The notes beneath the pieces were generated by a model that was not told the DNA's origin, made no database searches, and saw nothing but the letters and a program-made list of their open reading frames with translations. A program made the position numbers and the translations under genes. Positions 1-13,344 of a stretch of DNA of 64,000 nt are shown here, piece after piece. This DNA comes from Rhynchobatus australiae (Eukaryota), in assembly GCA_034780895.1 (NCBI GenBank), contig JAUZTB010000107.1, positions 67,042,385-67,106,384 of the forward strand, read 5' to 3'. How positions within the stretch are numbered: the first letter of the stretch is position 1; every line of letters begins with the position of its first letter.

Positions 1-232
1 CAAATGAACCTGAATGAAATAGGGCAGGGTGGAGCTCAGGCGGACCCGAAAGGGGCCGTGCCCTGGCGGACAGTGTAGGGTGAACCAGGAGCAGGGATGG
101 ACAGAGCAAAGGGGCAATGAAGCAAGGAATAAAGCCACAGCAATCAGTGGCAGGGTGAAGCAGGGAGAGCGGGAAGTGGACCGGGCAATGTGAGAAGGGT
201 GCGGAACAGCAGGGTGAAGCACAAATCGATGC

Positions 233-316
233 GGGTAAATAGGATTAGTGTAGAGAGGTGCAAGAGTGGCATAGACATGGTGGGCTGAAGGGCCTGTTCC
301 AACACTGTATGACGCT
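233..316 (+). mobile_element. CR1-type LINE/SINE 3' tail fragment
   Basis: Contains ggcatagacatggtgggctgaagggcctgtt...ctgtatgac, the tail motif repeated at the other CR1 ends in this window. Confidence 0.6.
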
Positions 317-1166
317 TTATTGAGCTGCCAACCAGTCCTTGGATCTGCCCTTGGTAATGGTCATGATCCCTACTTGGTGTCCGAAGTCTCAAGTGCTTAT
401 GAATTTAATGACTTTGTAAAGCTGCTATGTCCTTTGTTAGTTCCTGTAAGAATCACCCAAAGCCAGCCAGCAAAATAGAAACTGCTGTCAGGAATTCTTA
501 AGAGTTTGATTTTAAATTGTGTTGACTTTATAAAGTATTTTTGGAACATAATCAACATACAGAAGCCAAATTTACAGGTTGTGGTGCCTTATTATGTTTC
601 AGCGATATCACTGCCCAGGGCTTCGAGCTAAATGCTCTTCAAATTGTGTCGCAGCTGGCTTCACGCTAACATTTCCATTTATAACAATTTGTCTACCAAA
701 ACTTAATGTGTTTCTTACTGCAGTTTTAACTACAATGTCATTTAAAAGCCCACTTGTTTCATCTCCCTAATGCCCTTTATGATAGGCAATCCCTTGTCCT
801 CATCTTCCCTTTGGTTGACTTTTCAAGGACAATAATTGCTGACTGCTCCCTGCCCGGTGAATCAATTGAGGAACAGAATTGCTAAAGATGATTTCCTCCA
901 CGTGACAGCAATGTGTAATACTTGGGTGCTATTCTGCTTCAGTAAAAGGTGAAAGGGGTAGCAAAAAGGTTCAGAAGATATAATTCTGATGAAGGGTCTC
1001 AACCTGAAACGTTAATTCTGCTTCTCTTTCCACAGACACTGCCTGACCTATTGAATGCTTCCAGCATTGCCTGTTTTAGTCGTTACATTCAAGGTCAAAG
1101 GGGATTGTGAAGCTCAAGGTTTTGCAAACGAAGGAGAATTAATAGTTTCAGATGAGAAATATTTCT

Positions 1167-1598
1167 GCACAGTGGCACAGCTGGCAGTTCTGCTGCCTCA
1201 CAACTCCAGTGACGCCGGCTCTGTGCCGTCTGTCTGGAGTTTGTTCATTCGCCAGGAGATTGGTCTTATGTGCAATTCCATTGCAAGCCCCAATCCCATC
1301 CCTGAACCAAGGTAGCTAGATGTCCCGGAAATTGGATTTATTTCCTCATCTTCTCATCCAGACACTTGCTATATACCAGGTTTCTTCCTGGTGCTCTGGT
1401 TCCTCCCACATTCCAAACATGTGTGGGTTAATTGGCCACTCTAAATTGTCCCTAGTGTGCAGGTCAGTGATAAAATCTGGGGGGAGTTGATAAGAACGTG
1501 GGGAAGATAAAATGGGTTACGGTAGGACTACTGTAACAATGGGTGCATGATGGTCAGTACAGACTTGATGGGCCAAAGGGCCCATTTCCTTGCTGTAG
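1167..1598 (+). mobile_element. tRNA-derived V-SINE (HE1-like) with CR1-type tail and a ~130-bp interruption
   Basis: tRNA-like head gcacagtggcacagctgg; V-SINE core ggtttcttcctggtgctctggttcctcccacattccaaa; tail gatgggccaaagggcccatttccttgctgta. Confidence 0.7.
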
Positions 1599-1654
1599 TC
1601 CTAACACAATGGCCATGCTTTTGACATGCAAAATAGAGGAAAAAGTGGGAAAGT

Positions 1655-2620
1655 CAATTTTCCCCCATTGATACATTTTCTGCAGCTATTACTAGGGTGT
1701 CAGTGAGAGGGAAAAGGGACAAAACTCGGCACCTCCCTTCTCCGTTATGGACCTCACTTTTCAAGATGCATTCCCAGAAAGGAGTATTTTCCCTGAAAAG
1801 GATCAGTGTAGCGTTATAAAGAGTGAGACGGTTACTGGCAGTGCTGCTGTGTTGGGAACCCAGCACACATCCAGCATTGAATCACTCCATGGCTGGGTGT
1901 GGAGAGGCTGCCTTAGAGGGTTGCTATTGTGTGGGCCAGATCTGTAATGTGGCTGATGAGCACTGAGATATGGGACTGTCAGCACTGCTCATGTATTCAC
2001 AGACTGCTCAGGTACAACTGTCCCTCTTACCACCTCCTGCTAGACATGATGGAAGCTGTTGTCTCCCCCCTCTCTGTCTGGCTGCACAACTCTTCCCAGC
2101 CTAGAGGCAAGCTAATGGCAAGAGACCACCACTGAGTTCATTTCAAAGAGGAATTATTCAGCTGGGGAGACCAGTGCATCTAAAGAAAGAGGGGAAGACT
2201 GCAGCTTCCACCACATCCAACAGGAGGTGATAGAGACTGTACGATTAGACTGTCTCTCAACAGATAGAACAGCCAGTCCCAGCAATGGGCCACACTCACT
2301 GTGCTGGGTAGGATGCAGCAGTAAGCCACAGATCTGAGGACTGAATGACCACACTGTTTGCCCCAACCCGACCAACACCAGTCCTCGTGGGCAGCCTCTC
2401 CACACTAAGCCATGGGACAATTCATTGCTGTGGGACTGCTGCCAGGGAGCAGTGGTTTGCACTAGGTTCCTGGCACAACATTGGCAGGCCAAGCAGATGT
2501 CTTTTTCTTTTCAAGGTACAGAGAGGTACCTATCTGTGAGTGTTTGGTCTGAAGGAGCAAGGGGGCCATAACAAATCAATAGGATAGCCCTAAACAGGAT
2601 ACCAGTGTATCTGAAATTGC
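1655..2620. repeat. Degenerate long inverted repeat (foldback or MITE-like)
   Basis: ccatggctgggtgtggagaggctgcc (~1887) pairs with ggcagcctctccacactaagccatgg (~2390). cacctcctgctagacatgatggaagctg (~2031) pairs with cagcttccaccacatccaacaggaggtg (~2202). Centre near 2130. Confidence 0.75.
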
Positions 2621-5600
2621 TATGTATTTTCATGCAGGGTGAGTAGGATCAGAGAAGGCACACACAAGATTGTATCAAAGGGGATGTGGCATCAATTTCC
2701 TCTCTTAATGTTGTTCGCATATTGCTTGAGAAACAGGTTGCTGGGCTGGGTCTCGAGCAGCACTGCTTTTGATTTGGAGTGACAAATCAATTTTTGGACA
2801 TTTGAGAAACTTTACTGAGTGCTCAAAGTCTTTAGGTTGAATTAAGCTTGATATTCTCCAAGGACTTTGAAGGCAAGTCTAAGTACTAGGAAATGAAATG
2901 GAAAGGGCAGAGTGAGGTATGCGAGATTTCATAATAACTCACTCGAAATAAAAGATCCAAAAGAGTCGTTAAAAAACATGAAATGTCAGTTGGAAGGTGA
3001 ATTCTAGTCACAAAAATGGGTGAGTTGGGATTGGTTGAGTTAAAATGTGGAAGTCTAAAGCCTGCTCCAACACTTTGCATGATAAGGTTAGAGTTAACCT
3101 ATTATCCAGGTTAAACCCTGATCTAAACAGGTTGCAGGGCCTCAGTGAACTCATTGTTGAAACAAAGTGGCTGAACAGTACTGCCTATGCAATGGGAAGC
3201 CAGAGAATTTTTAAATTGCTATAAAACGATGAACTGTATCTCTTTAATTTAACATGCTTAATAAATAAAAATAATTATATTAATTTAATTTTAGGAGCTC
3301 TCTGAAAAATGAGAAATTACTTGAGACTATTGCTTGGTAATGAGGAAGTTCAAGTGCTAGTTATAAAAACGATGCAGATTTTTTTTCAAGTAATAACTTG
3401 TTCTTTCTGTTCCACATATCTTTTATCATTCAGAAATAACAGCAGCTGTACATATGAGGGAAAGGGGCTAGCTTAGGTAGTTCTGATGATATCTTATAAA
3501 AACTGTCATTTGCCCAGGCAAAATAGTTGATTTGCTTCATTATATGCTGTTACTCTCTAATGCCTCTGCTGTCATTACTTTTAAAACAATTGTTCCTAAT
3601 TTACTGAGTTATGTGTCATGTTTTTGCAGTCTTCCAAGTGGAATAAAAACAGCAGGACAATCTTGCAATACTGCATTATCCTCACATTAACTGCACAGTT
3701 CCTTCAATGGCATTGGTTTAATAGGACAAGCCCCAGACTATGCAAAAAATAGTTCCTAGAAATAAATCATGAAACCTCAATTACTTTCTATTGTAAATGC
3801 AACAGGCCACACTCATGCCTATGCACTGTACATTTTAACCAGTCTTACTTCAAAAAGTGCTCTGTAAGACCATGCATTACAAAGGCTGTACGAACCAATC
3901 ACTGCAATGCTGGCTTAGAGTATAAGCAAACATATACTATAAATTCACAGGCCATGTTTCAAATTCTGTTGAAATACTCATGCTGGTTAACTTAAAAGTA
4001 TACAATGATCCATATAATACAATTCCATTTGTTATACAATAGCTTTCGTTCTCATCCACAATTTTCTAATGAAGAGAAAGTGTTTTATAGAATACAGCAA
4101 TACTATTGTTAAGACATGATTCAATATCAAGACTCAACCATATACCTTAAAAACATAACAGAGAAACACTGAACTTTCCACATAATAAAAATTGATTAGG
4201 TTTTGCACAAATATGCATCAATAATGTCACAATAAAAGGAGTAAAGAAGTTACAACATAATGTATATCACAATGATGCAAGTTTCAACATTCAGGAGATG
4301 ATGTCAATTGGATAAAATTGGGTATTGGGTACACAAGTGGTCAGGACTGATTTGGGAAATATTTTATCCACGTGGTTAAAATAACAAAATTACAGACTTG
4401 AAAAGGGATTCTGATCTAATTGTATGAAGTGTTTCAGGTGAAATAATGCTTCAATGCAATTGAACATTAACATAAAGGGACATAATCAAAAGTTTCAAAT
4501 TAAAAATAAATATGAGAATGATTGTTGTTAACTGTGGGGCAAAATTTGTGATGTGGGATTAACACACTCCCATTGTTTCTCATGGCAGCTTGCAGCCAGC
4601 ACCAACTGCATGTGTGCCTTGGTGGGCAAGTGCCAGAGGCATGAGGTGGAAAGTGACATGAATGGGAAAGGCAGAAGGTCTTGCTATGTCTGCCTTGAAA
4701 GTTAACTAACTGGGAATTTCCATTCAAGGCAGACCAATTTTTTGCAGACAGAGGTGTCCTACCCATGTGCTGGAGTCAGAGAGTAAGGAGGTGGAATTGT
4801 TATTTACGATCAAGTATCAGTAGCCTTCTTATCAATTAAAGACACCACAATCTGTATGTGCTTTGGTGCCTCTGCAAGCTGTTCAATTGTAGGGCAAAAT
4901 CTGTTCCAAATATAGCACAAGCACTTTGATGCAAATCAAACTGATATTAGTCACTTGTGCAGGAAGGGCTTGAGAACTATTGAGAGAGATGGACTGATAA
5001 GTTGCCAGTGGAGGTAGATGGGTGCAGCTGACCTTTGTGTAGATGGGGCTGAGCCATGCATTTGCAATCGTGGATGTTGATTGGATCAAGTTAACTGAGC
5101 TAAGGAAGTGTTTTAAAGAAGTGCAACGATGAGATCCTGGAGCCACTCAAGTTATGGGTTGCACTGCCTGCTGGGTTTTAGAGGCTCCATGCATTACAGA
5201 GCACATAGACACAACCAGGACTGACAGCTAAATTTCTTAGTGAGATGATTATAAGAGATCAAATGCAATTGTTCCACTGTCTGAGCAAAGCCATGCCTAG
5301 GGAAGCACAGTGAAGACCGGTGACTGTCGAGATGATGTCAACAGCAGTGCAACATGCAGATTCCCAACCTCAGTCTCAGAATTATTTCCATGCGGCTGCT
5401 ATTGTCTCTGTCATACTTCACCGTTTGCTACACAAGGGAATTCACACAATCCCCAAATGCAGAGAAGACTTCAAGTACTTTAGCCCGCATCATTTGACCA
5501 TTAGACGTTTTTAAGGTTAAGGTTGATAATTACTTGAAAAATCGGGGGATTGCAGGCAGTGGGGAGCTGACACAGAGGAGGAGTTGAGGTCTGGGGCAAA

Positions 5601-5637
5601 TCAGCCATGATCTTATTGAATGATGGAGCAGGATTGT

Positions 5638-5933
5638 GATAAGATAAGATATCTTTATTAGTCACATGTACATCGAAACACACAGTGGGATGCATCTTTG
5701 CATAGAATGTTCTGGGGACATCCCGCAAGTGTCGCCACGCTTCCAGCGCCAACATTGCATGCCCACAACTTCCTAACCTGTATGTCTTTGGAATGTGGGA
5801 GGAAACCTGAGCACCCGGAGGAAACCCATGTAGACACAGGGAGAACGTACAAACTCCTTACAGACAGTGGCCGGAATTGAACCCGGGTTGCTGGTGCTGT
5901 AAAATGTTATGCTAACTGCAACACTACCGTGCC
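5638..5933 (-). mobile_element. Full-length tRNA-derived V-SINE nested in a CR1 3' end (about 5500-5985)
   Basis: B-box gggttcaattcc on the minus strand; V-SINE core; tail gtacatgtgactaataaagatatcttatcttatc. CR1 tail halves lie on both sides. Confidence 0.85.
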
Positions 5934-7769
5934 TGCCCAGGGGCTGAGTGGCCAAAACCTGCTCCAATTTCCCTGTTCTTGTGTAGAAACACTAGTAAAG
6001 TGAGCCTGGACATTTGCTTGCATTGTAACATTCCCCCAGCTCAGATATTCAGAGGTGGCTCTCATTTTCTCTTCCTTGTCTATGTTCCTAGATGGTCCAC
6101 CTTTCACAATAAGCATGCCTCTTGTGGGCACTGCTCTTCATCAACTCATCAAGGTCCCTTTAACCTTTGGGGTGTGCTTCCCATGTCTTCCATCATTGCA
6201 ACTAACATTCATTCAGTAGCAATACTCCCCTGAAGTTGAAGGAGTGTTGAGTGCATTGTGATATGTCCTGGAAACCAACAATTTACAGTTTAACTTTTCA
6301 ATCTTTTCGCCAGTAAGGTTTAGGAGACCCACAATGTTGTTTCAACACCATTTAAATACACTAATGCAAGTTCAAGCCCCATATGTGTTTTCCAGAAGTA
6401 CTTTGGCCTTAATGACTGTCAACTGTTTCTGGAACCATTATCTTATTTGCAAAAAATCTTACTATGTTTAGTTATTACTGTATCTGTATTGGTCCACCAA
6501 CCCTGTGTCATCTATCATTATTTAACATGATGGGAGTGTATGGTGTTGCATTAGTGGTCTAATAGTGGTCTAATAGTGCCTCTTTGTTAGTCCATGATCT
6601 CAGACCAGGTCCCCTACCGTTTCCAGACTCCTGCACTTACCTAGGATGGATATGGAGGACTCAACTTTCTACCTTTCTGTACTCTTGAGTTGGGCGTTGA
6701 GGTCCTGATGACGAGTAGGTCCAAGATGGCCACGAGGAGGCTTCATCCTGGCAGACTTTGGCAAAAGCTTTGTCCTCCATCAAAGCTGTCACTGATTTAA
6801 CTATTTTTAAATGTCCATGACGTTCACACAATCAAAATTCAAATAAACAAATTTTTAAAAGTTAATTAAAATGCATTAAAACATCTAGAAATATAAAACA
6901 AAAGCATTTTTTTTTAAAAATTGACCCTTACCTCTTAATCTACAGCCCTTTAATCCCCATGGGGTCAATGAGGTCACTGATCCTCCAACTGTTCTGACCA
7001 AGACTGGGGTCTGCTTTTCCTAAAGCAATTTTCCCAGAAGAATCCCAGAGGGGCAAGAGTTCAGTAGTGGATTAGAGAGACAGACGCAGCCTTTTGAATC
7101 AGTGCTTGTATGCCTGGGACTTGCTTCACTCTGAATGGTCATGATGGTGTGCTTAGTGTGGGATGTATTGTTTTCACAAGTGAGCTGGATGATTTACACA
7201 GCTTCCTTCTTCTAGGGCAGGGAGGTGCCTTGCCTGGGGTCAGTTTGTAGTGGATTTTGATGTAGTTTTTATCAATATGATATTATAATAGTCCTGAGTA
7301 CCCTTACCTCAAGGTCTAAGTAGTGATTATTAGAGTCCCACATAGTCCTGTGCTGCAGTTTTGCCAAGAGATCTTACCATTTAAACCTTTCCAGGCTTTC
7401 AGCTTAGGACTAAAAGGGGCAACATACTGGGAAATACAATTTTTGGGTGAAACATTACATGAAAGCTTCATTTGCCCTTTCAGAGGAAGGTGCTATTAGA
7501 AGTTCATCCCATTGTCTCAACGTATGTTTATTTCTCAGTCAGAACTAACGAAACGCAACATCTAGTCATTTTTCTCAATGCTGTTTGTGCAACCTTGCTG
7601 TGCACTAATTGGCTGCCTCATTTCCCTAAGTACAATGGTGATGACCCTTCAAAATTTACCCCATTGAACGAGATGATGTAAATGATGATTTGAGGGCAAG
7701 TTCTTCCTTCTCTATTAGGTGCATTTTATAGTAAGCTTGTGTAAATTATTTTGGCTTGAATTTTGCAGT

Positions 7770-8880
7770 CAGCTAAGCATGATGGCGCTCACACGAAGAC
7801 AACCACCTTCCTTTGTGCGAGGTATGACTCCAGTCAATGGACAGTTTTGTCCTTGATTCCCATTGATTTGTCCCTCACTAGAGCTCCTTGATGTTACCTC
7901 AGGCAATACTGCCTTGATGTTAAGGGCAGTCACTGACTTCAGCCCTGTTTGGGTCATTCATGTGATGCAGTCCAGAGTCAAGTGACTCTGAAATCTAAAC
8001 TGAGCACTCGGGATCACCTGATAGAACTGATGATGGAATATACTACACCTTCCGTTGGATGCTTGTGTTATGACTGCACTGGAAAAGGACATCTAGAGTC
8101 ACAGCTATTTCTAATTTTGAAGTCTTCAGCAGTCAAGAGCATGTTTTCAGTGCTACATCGAGATCTTGTCCAATCCCATTGTCTTTATTATATTCAATGC
8201 TCTTGGCCATTTTTCGTATCTGACGACTGTCTTCGCTGTTGAAGTTTCAGGTGGATCATCTACTCAGGACTTTGGACTGATAGTATTCACAAGTGCTTCA
8301 TCCTTGTGTTTGGTACTCACATGCTGGACTCCATCATCACTGAATGGATGACCTTAGAGTCTCCTCCTCCCACTAGCTATTTAATTTGTCCAAACCATCA
8401 TTGACTGGATATGGTAGGATTACATATCTTTGTTCTTGATCCGTGGGTCACCTTAGCTGTATCAATTCCATATTGCTTTCTCTGTTTAGCTTGCTCATAG
8501 TCCTGTGTTTGCCCAGATGGGACCTCACCTTAGGTACGCTTGGTACTGCACATGGCATGTCTTGTTCATGATTGTCATGGGTAAATAAGGGATGTATAAT
8601 ATAATATAAAAATATAAAATAAACATAAAAATTTTAAAAAATATAATAATATAAAATAAGTAAGTAAATAAAGCCAAGCCATGAAGTTATGGCCCACTGT
8701 GTTTCACAGATGTGCAGTTCTTAGCTGGCAAATGTGCTCTGAATCCATCCTACTGTGCACACAACATATAGAGAGTGATCCCGTTGTGAAGACAATGTCG
8801 ATACAGTGCTCACTCATGTGCCAATGTTGCCATGGACAGAGGCATCTGAAACAAGTAGTCTAGTGAGAACAAGGTCAATT
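7770..8880 (-). mobile_element. Highly degenerate CR1-clade LINE fragment
   Basis: Shares sequence patterns with 29530-32470 and 50300-50610 (e.g. tagtcctgt, cagttcttagctggc). Confidence 0.45.
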
Positions 8881-8929
8881 AGTTTTATCTCTCACACTTG
8901 TTCTCTCACCACCTGCTACAGAGCCAGTT

Positions 8930-9850
8930 TAGCAGCTCTAAGCTTCAGGACTCAGCAAGTCCTGTCTGTGGTGGTGGTACTGAACTACTCTTGGTGATGG
9001 CTGTGGAAAGTCCCCTATCCAGGGATAATTCTGCAGTCCCGCTGCTGCCAAATGGATCTCAAAATGGAGGAGAAATGTTTCAACAGCTGAGGAAAGGAAA
9101 TAAGTGGGAAGAAGCACATTGGTGGCATACCAGCAGTGCTGAGTCACTGGACATTAGTGGCGTACTACCAAGGCAGAGATAGAGAATGTCCAGTACCACA
9201 GAGAGGGATGGCACACACGTGCTCGGGCATACTCAAATGAGGATATTAAAGGGACGGCCTAAAGGAGAAGGCCAAAGGTTATATGACATGAAATGATTGC
9301 TGCAGGTCAGTCAGAAAGTACACCGGCAGTATCAAAGAACAGAGAGGAATCCTGCACCAAACTCGCTCAAGACTTTGCACAGAGCTTCGAGCAGGGAAGT
9401 GGTGGCCAACTCGCATCTGATGCAGAAGTAGAAGCCACCCAATGTTTGAGCGAATGCTCATCTGCTTCATGGAGACTTCAAGAAGTTGCTTCAACAAGTT
9501 TTCAGCAACCTAGCAATTTGTCCTTCAACGGCTCAAGAGAATTCCTGATGTTCAGCTGCCTCTATTTCTCAGTAAGACACCAATCTGTGATGCACTCATG
9601 CCCACAGATCCCATCATGCCCTTGCTGCTGTCAACTTGCTCAGACTGCTACTGCTCTCATTAGTCAACAGTGAGACTCCCTAGGCTGAAAATTGTTCAGA
9701 ATCATCCTGCAAGACCATCTGTAGGGTCTTCCACTGAAACTTGGCAGCCTTCTCCCAGCCATGCAGAACCCAAAGGGAGGACACAAGATAGAAACATGAA
9801 ATCAGGCAAAGGCATGGGGAAGGCAGAAACTGAAGGGTTTGTGCAAAGTT
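8930..9850 (+). mobile_element. Decayed DNA-transposon remnant, possibly PIF/Harbinger accessory ORF
   Basis: GC-richer broken ORFs (9293-9673 ...EESCTKLAQDFAQSFE). Family call is from pattern memory only. Confidence 0.35.
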
Positions 9851-9892
9851 GATTGGTTGGTGTTAATTTTATAAATTTATATATTTGAGTTA

Positions 9893-11100
9893 TTAGATAG
9901 GCTGGGGCTTGTGTTATTGGAGCATAGGAGGCTGAGGGTTAATGTTATAGAGGTATATAAAATCACGAGGGGCATAGATAAGATGAATGTTCACAGGTTT
10001 TTTTCCTCCAGAGTAGGGGAGTCTAAAACTAGAGGGTTTAAGATGAGAGGGGAAAAAAAATTTAAAGGNNNNNNNNNNNNNNNNNNNNNNNNNNNNNNNN
10101 NNNNNNNNNNNNNNNNNNNNNNNNNNNNNNNNNNNNNNNNNNNNNNNNNNNNNNNNNNNNNNNNNNNNNNNNNNNNNNNNNNNNNNNNNNNNNNNNNNNN
10201 NNNNNNNNNNNNNNNNNNNNNNNNNNNNNNNNNNNNNNNNNNNNNNNNNNNNNNNNNNNNNNNNNNNNNNNNNNNNNNNNNNNNNNNNNNNNNNNNNNNN
10301 NNNNNNNNNNNNNNNNNNNNNNNNNNNNNNNNNNNNNNNNNNNNNNNNNNNNNNNNNNNNNNNNNNNNNNNNNNNNNNNNNNNNNNNNNNNNNNNNNNNN
10401 NNNNNNNNNNNNNNNNNNNNNNNNNNNNNNNNNNNNNNNNNNNNNNNNNNNNNNNNNNNNNNNNNNNNNNNNNNNNNNNNNNNNNNNNNNNNNNNNNNNN
10501 NNNNNNNNNNNNNNNNNNNNNNNNNNNNNNNNNNNNNNNNNNNNNNNNNNNNNNNNNNNNNNNNNNNNNNNNNNNNNNNNNNNNNNNNNNNNNNNNNNNN
10601 NNNNNNNNNNNNNNNNNNNNNNNNNNNNNNNNNNNNNNNNNNNNNNNNNNNNNNNNNNNNNNNNNNNNNNNNNNNNNNNNNNNNNNNNNNNNNNNNNNNN
10701 NNNNNNNNNNNNNNNNNNNNNNNNNNNNNNNNNNNNNNNNNNNNNNNNNNNNNNNNNNNNNNNNNNNNNNNNNNNNNNNNNNNNNNNNNNNNNNNNNNNN
10801 NNNNNNNNNNNNNNNNNNNNNNNNNNNNNNNNNNNNNNNNNNATGAGAGGGGAAAAAAAATTTAAAGGAGATTTGTGGGGCAAGTTTTTCACACACAGGG
10901 TGGTGGGTATATGGCACAAACTGCCAGAGGAAGCTGTAGAGGCAGGTACAGTCACAATGTTTCAAGGACATTTAGATAGGTACATGGATAGAAATAGTTT
11001 AGAGGCCAAACGCAGGCAGAGAGAACTAGCTCAATTAGGCAGGTTTGTGGGCATGGATGAGTTGGGCACAAGAGCCTGTTTCTGTGCTGTGTGACTCCAA
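9893..11100 (+). mobile_element. CR1 LINE 3' end spanning an N-gap
   Basis: RT C-terminal-like LEHRRLRVNVIEVYKITRGID...FFTHRVVGIWHKLPEEAVEA followed by the CR1 tail. Confidence 0.9.
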
Positions 11101-12659
11101 CTATGATATCTCACCTGGGAGTGTCTTGTGACATGCTGTTTGAATCTCAGTGTTCATAAAAATGCTTTATTTGGCTGATTGTTTATAAAACAGATTATGA
11201 TTTACTATAAAAGTGATACATTTTAAAGAGAGGATTACAACTTCTGCCTGAATAATAGGCATTATAAATTGGATAGAAATATAGAAATCTGTAAACTACT
11301 ATTTGACTATTAGATTACCTTAATAGAGCAAGGAGCTTTTGTTCATAAAATATTAACAGTGAAACTACAAGTCTCTATATATTGCAGAAATGTCATTGAA
11401 AACATGGGCAAAGGACCAATTAGCACGGTGCACATCAGTAGCAGGATTAAGAGGAGCTGGAGATGAAAGTAGTGGAACTTAGATGTGGTTATAATATGAC
11501 ACCAAGCCTATGTTTTTAAAGTTCACATATTCAAAGGAAGTATCAATAATAGCTCTTGAGTTAATTGTAAGGAAGTGATGTGTTGATCGTAAAGATCAAA
11601 TGACACCTAGTTAATTTTTCTTAACAGTTTCCAACATGATTTCCCCTTTGTCCATTTTTGACAAATTGACTGAGAAATTTTACAGTGGAACAGAACAAAA
11701 TACATCAAAATTTATTTCTGTGTTTGATGGCAGTTGAATCCAGTATAAGATAGTTAGCTATAAAGTATATTACAGGGCATCACAATTACAACTGTGTTCA
11801 ATTAGCCTTTTTACTGTTCACATGCATATAATATATATTTACAAACATATGAAATGACAAAGAGGGTAAGACCAGCTGGCTCATCAAGCTGCCACAATTG
11901 TTTGATCACTTAAGCTTCCAAATCTATATCTCAACTCATCCAAGTGTTCTGTCCAAAATCAGTGGTTAATTTGGGAAAAATAGTATGTATAAGACAATTC
12001 CCAATAAACTTTTGAATTCTGCCCCACAAATGATTTTGCAATTATAAACTCGCTTTTGCATAATTCAGTTTCTTCTTTAACACTCTTGTCTTGAGAATGG
12101 AATCATGGACAGATAATTGTGGCTTTTTCTACTGAATATGTGGAAACTAGGCTCTTAAAGGTTTTTTAATTAAAGTTTTTTGCTGTAGGAAGAGGCATCA
12201 CAGAAAACCCTATGTATGAAGAGTTGCATTACAATTTTCTTAAGGATTTATTATCAGGCACTTAACATAAATTAAATTTATGGGGTCTCTGAAAGCACAA
12301 GCTGAAAATACTTGCAAGATCTCTAATCCATCAGGTCTCATGGGAGCTGCTGTTATGCAATGGATCAATCAAAGAATAAAATTATGAAGAAATCATCAGC
12401 ATGACTGAAAATAAATCAAATGTTAATCTATTTGCATTCTTTTTCAGTTCTAGTATGTGTGTTTTGTGCTAAGCTTTTACATTTAAATATCTTTTGTGTA
12501 CTAAGATCTGCAATGATCACCTATATTCTGCTCATTAAAGACAATTATAAATATAGCCTTAAAATATATTCTGGAAGTACTTGGATAAGTTCAGCAAATA
12601 AAATGAGAAGTAAAGGTTATCAAGTGATGGAACTGTCTATTTTTAATCATTTATTAGGT

Positions 12660-12769
12660 CTAAGAAGCCGACAGCTTTCTCACGGTGATTATAACCAGGC
12701 TGAACAGTACAGACACACCGAGAACAGCAGCAATTACAATGGCAGATATTGCTCCAGGTCCTAGCGATC
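12660..12769 (-). CDS. SNORC: SNORC coding exon 3 ((G)SLGPGAISAIVIAAVLGVSVLFSLVIITVRKLSAS*; transmembrane helix and short tail)
   Basis: Acceptor ttattttgcag|, phase 1, ends in TAG. Close to the remembered human C-terminus [36 protein letters not shown]. Exons sum to 73+174+110 = 357 nt = 118 aa + stop. Confidence 0.95.
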
Positions 12770-13344
12770 CTGCAAAATAAAACAAAAACAGTGTATCAGC
12801 ACAAAAGAAAGAATGTGAATCTCACTGTCTCAAGATGTCCCAACATACTGTATAGTCAATGTGCGAGTCTCAGAAGTGTGACAACACAGCAGAGACTCAC
12901 AAACAATGTGATTATGACTCTAAGCCTCATGAAATGATATGTGTTTTAGGTGTTGGTTGAAAGGTAAACACTGGTTTAGCTATTCATACTATTCTTCAGG
13001 GTGGTGTGAGGTGATCTTCTGTGCTCTTCTGTGAGGGCAGGTGTGGCAATAGTTTAATGCCTCAACCAACAGACAATGCAGCACCAGCTTGGTGTCAGTC
13101 AGAGCACTGCATTAGATTTTTATGTTCAAGTCATTAAACAGGCTTCAATGTTTTTGATTCATGACTGACAGATAAAAAATTAACTGAAATGAGTTGCACC
13201 AACTTTTGAAGAGTATAACATTTGTGCTTTGATTAGTCTTTGCATTTTTGTTCTTTTACATTCACATTTTCCCAGCACATAGCAGCTATAACCATATTCT
13301 TAGTGCATTCTTCACTTTATCTTTGTATTAATGTTGCTCTGTTG

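Noticed and set aside
5860-5933. tRNA gene
   Set aside because: The A/B-box-like sequence is the head of a SINE, not a full cloverleaf tRNA.
6552-6578. Short tandem duplications (tagtggtctaa twice; also aatggacaggagg twice at ~35145-35174)
   Set aside because: Ordinary slippage duplications with no array structure.
9911-10971. Long ORFs of about 300 aa
   Set aside because: They run through an N-gap. The flanks are CR1 sequence and the 26 bp before the gap is repeated after it, an assembly overlap.
1-12000. NGEF exons expected from synteny
   Set aside because: No plus-strand DH/PH/SH3-like coding segment was recognised; the gene may lie outside the window.
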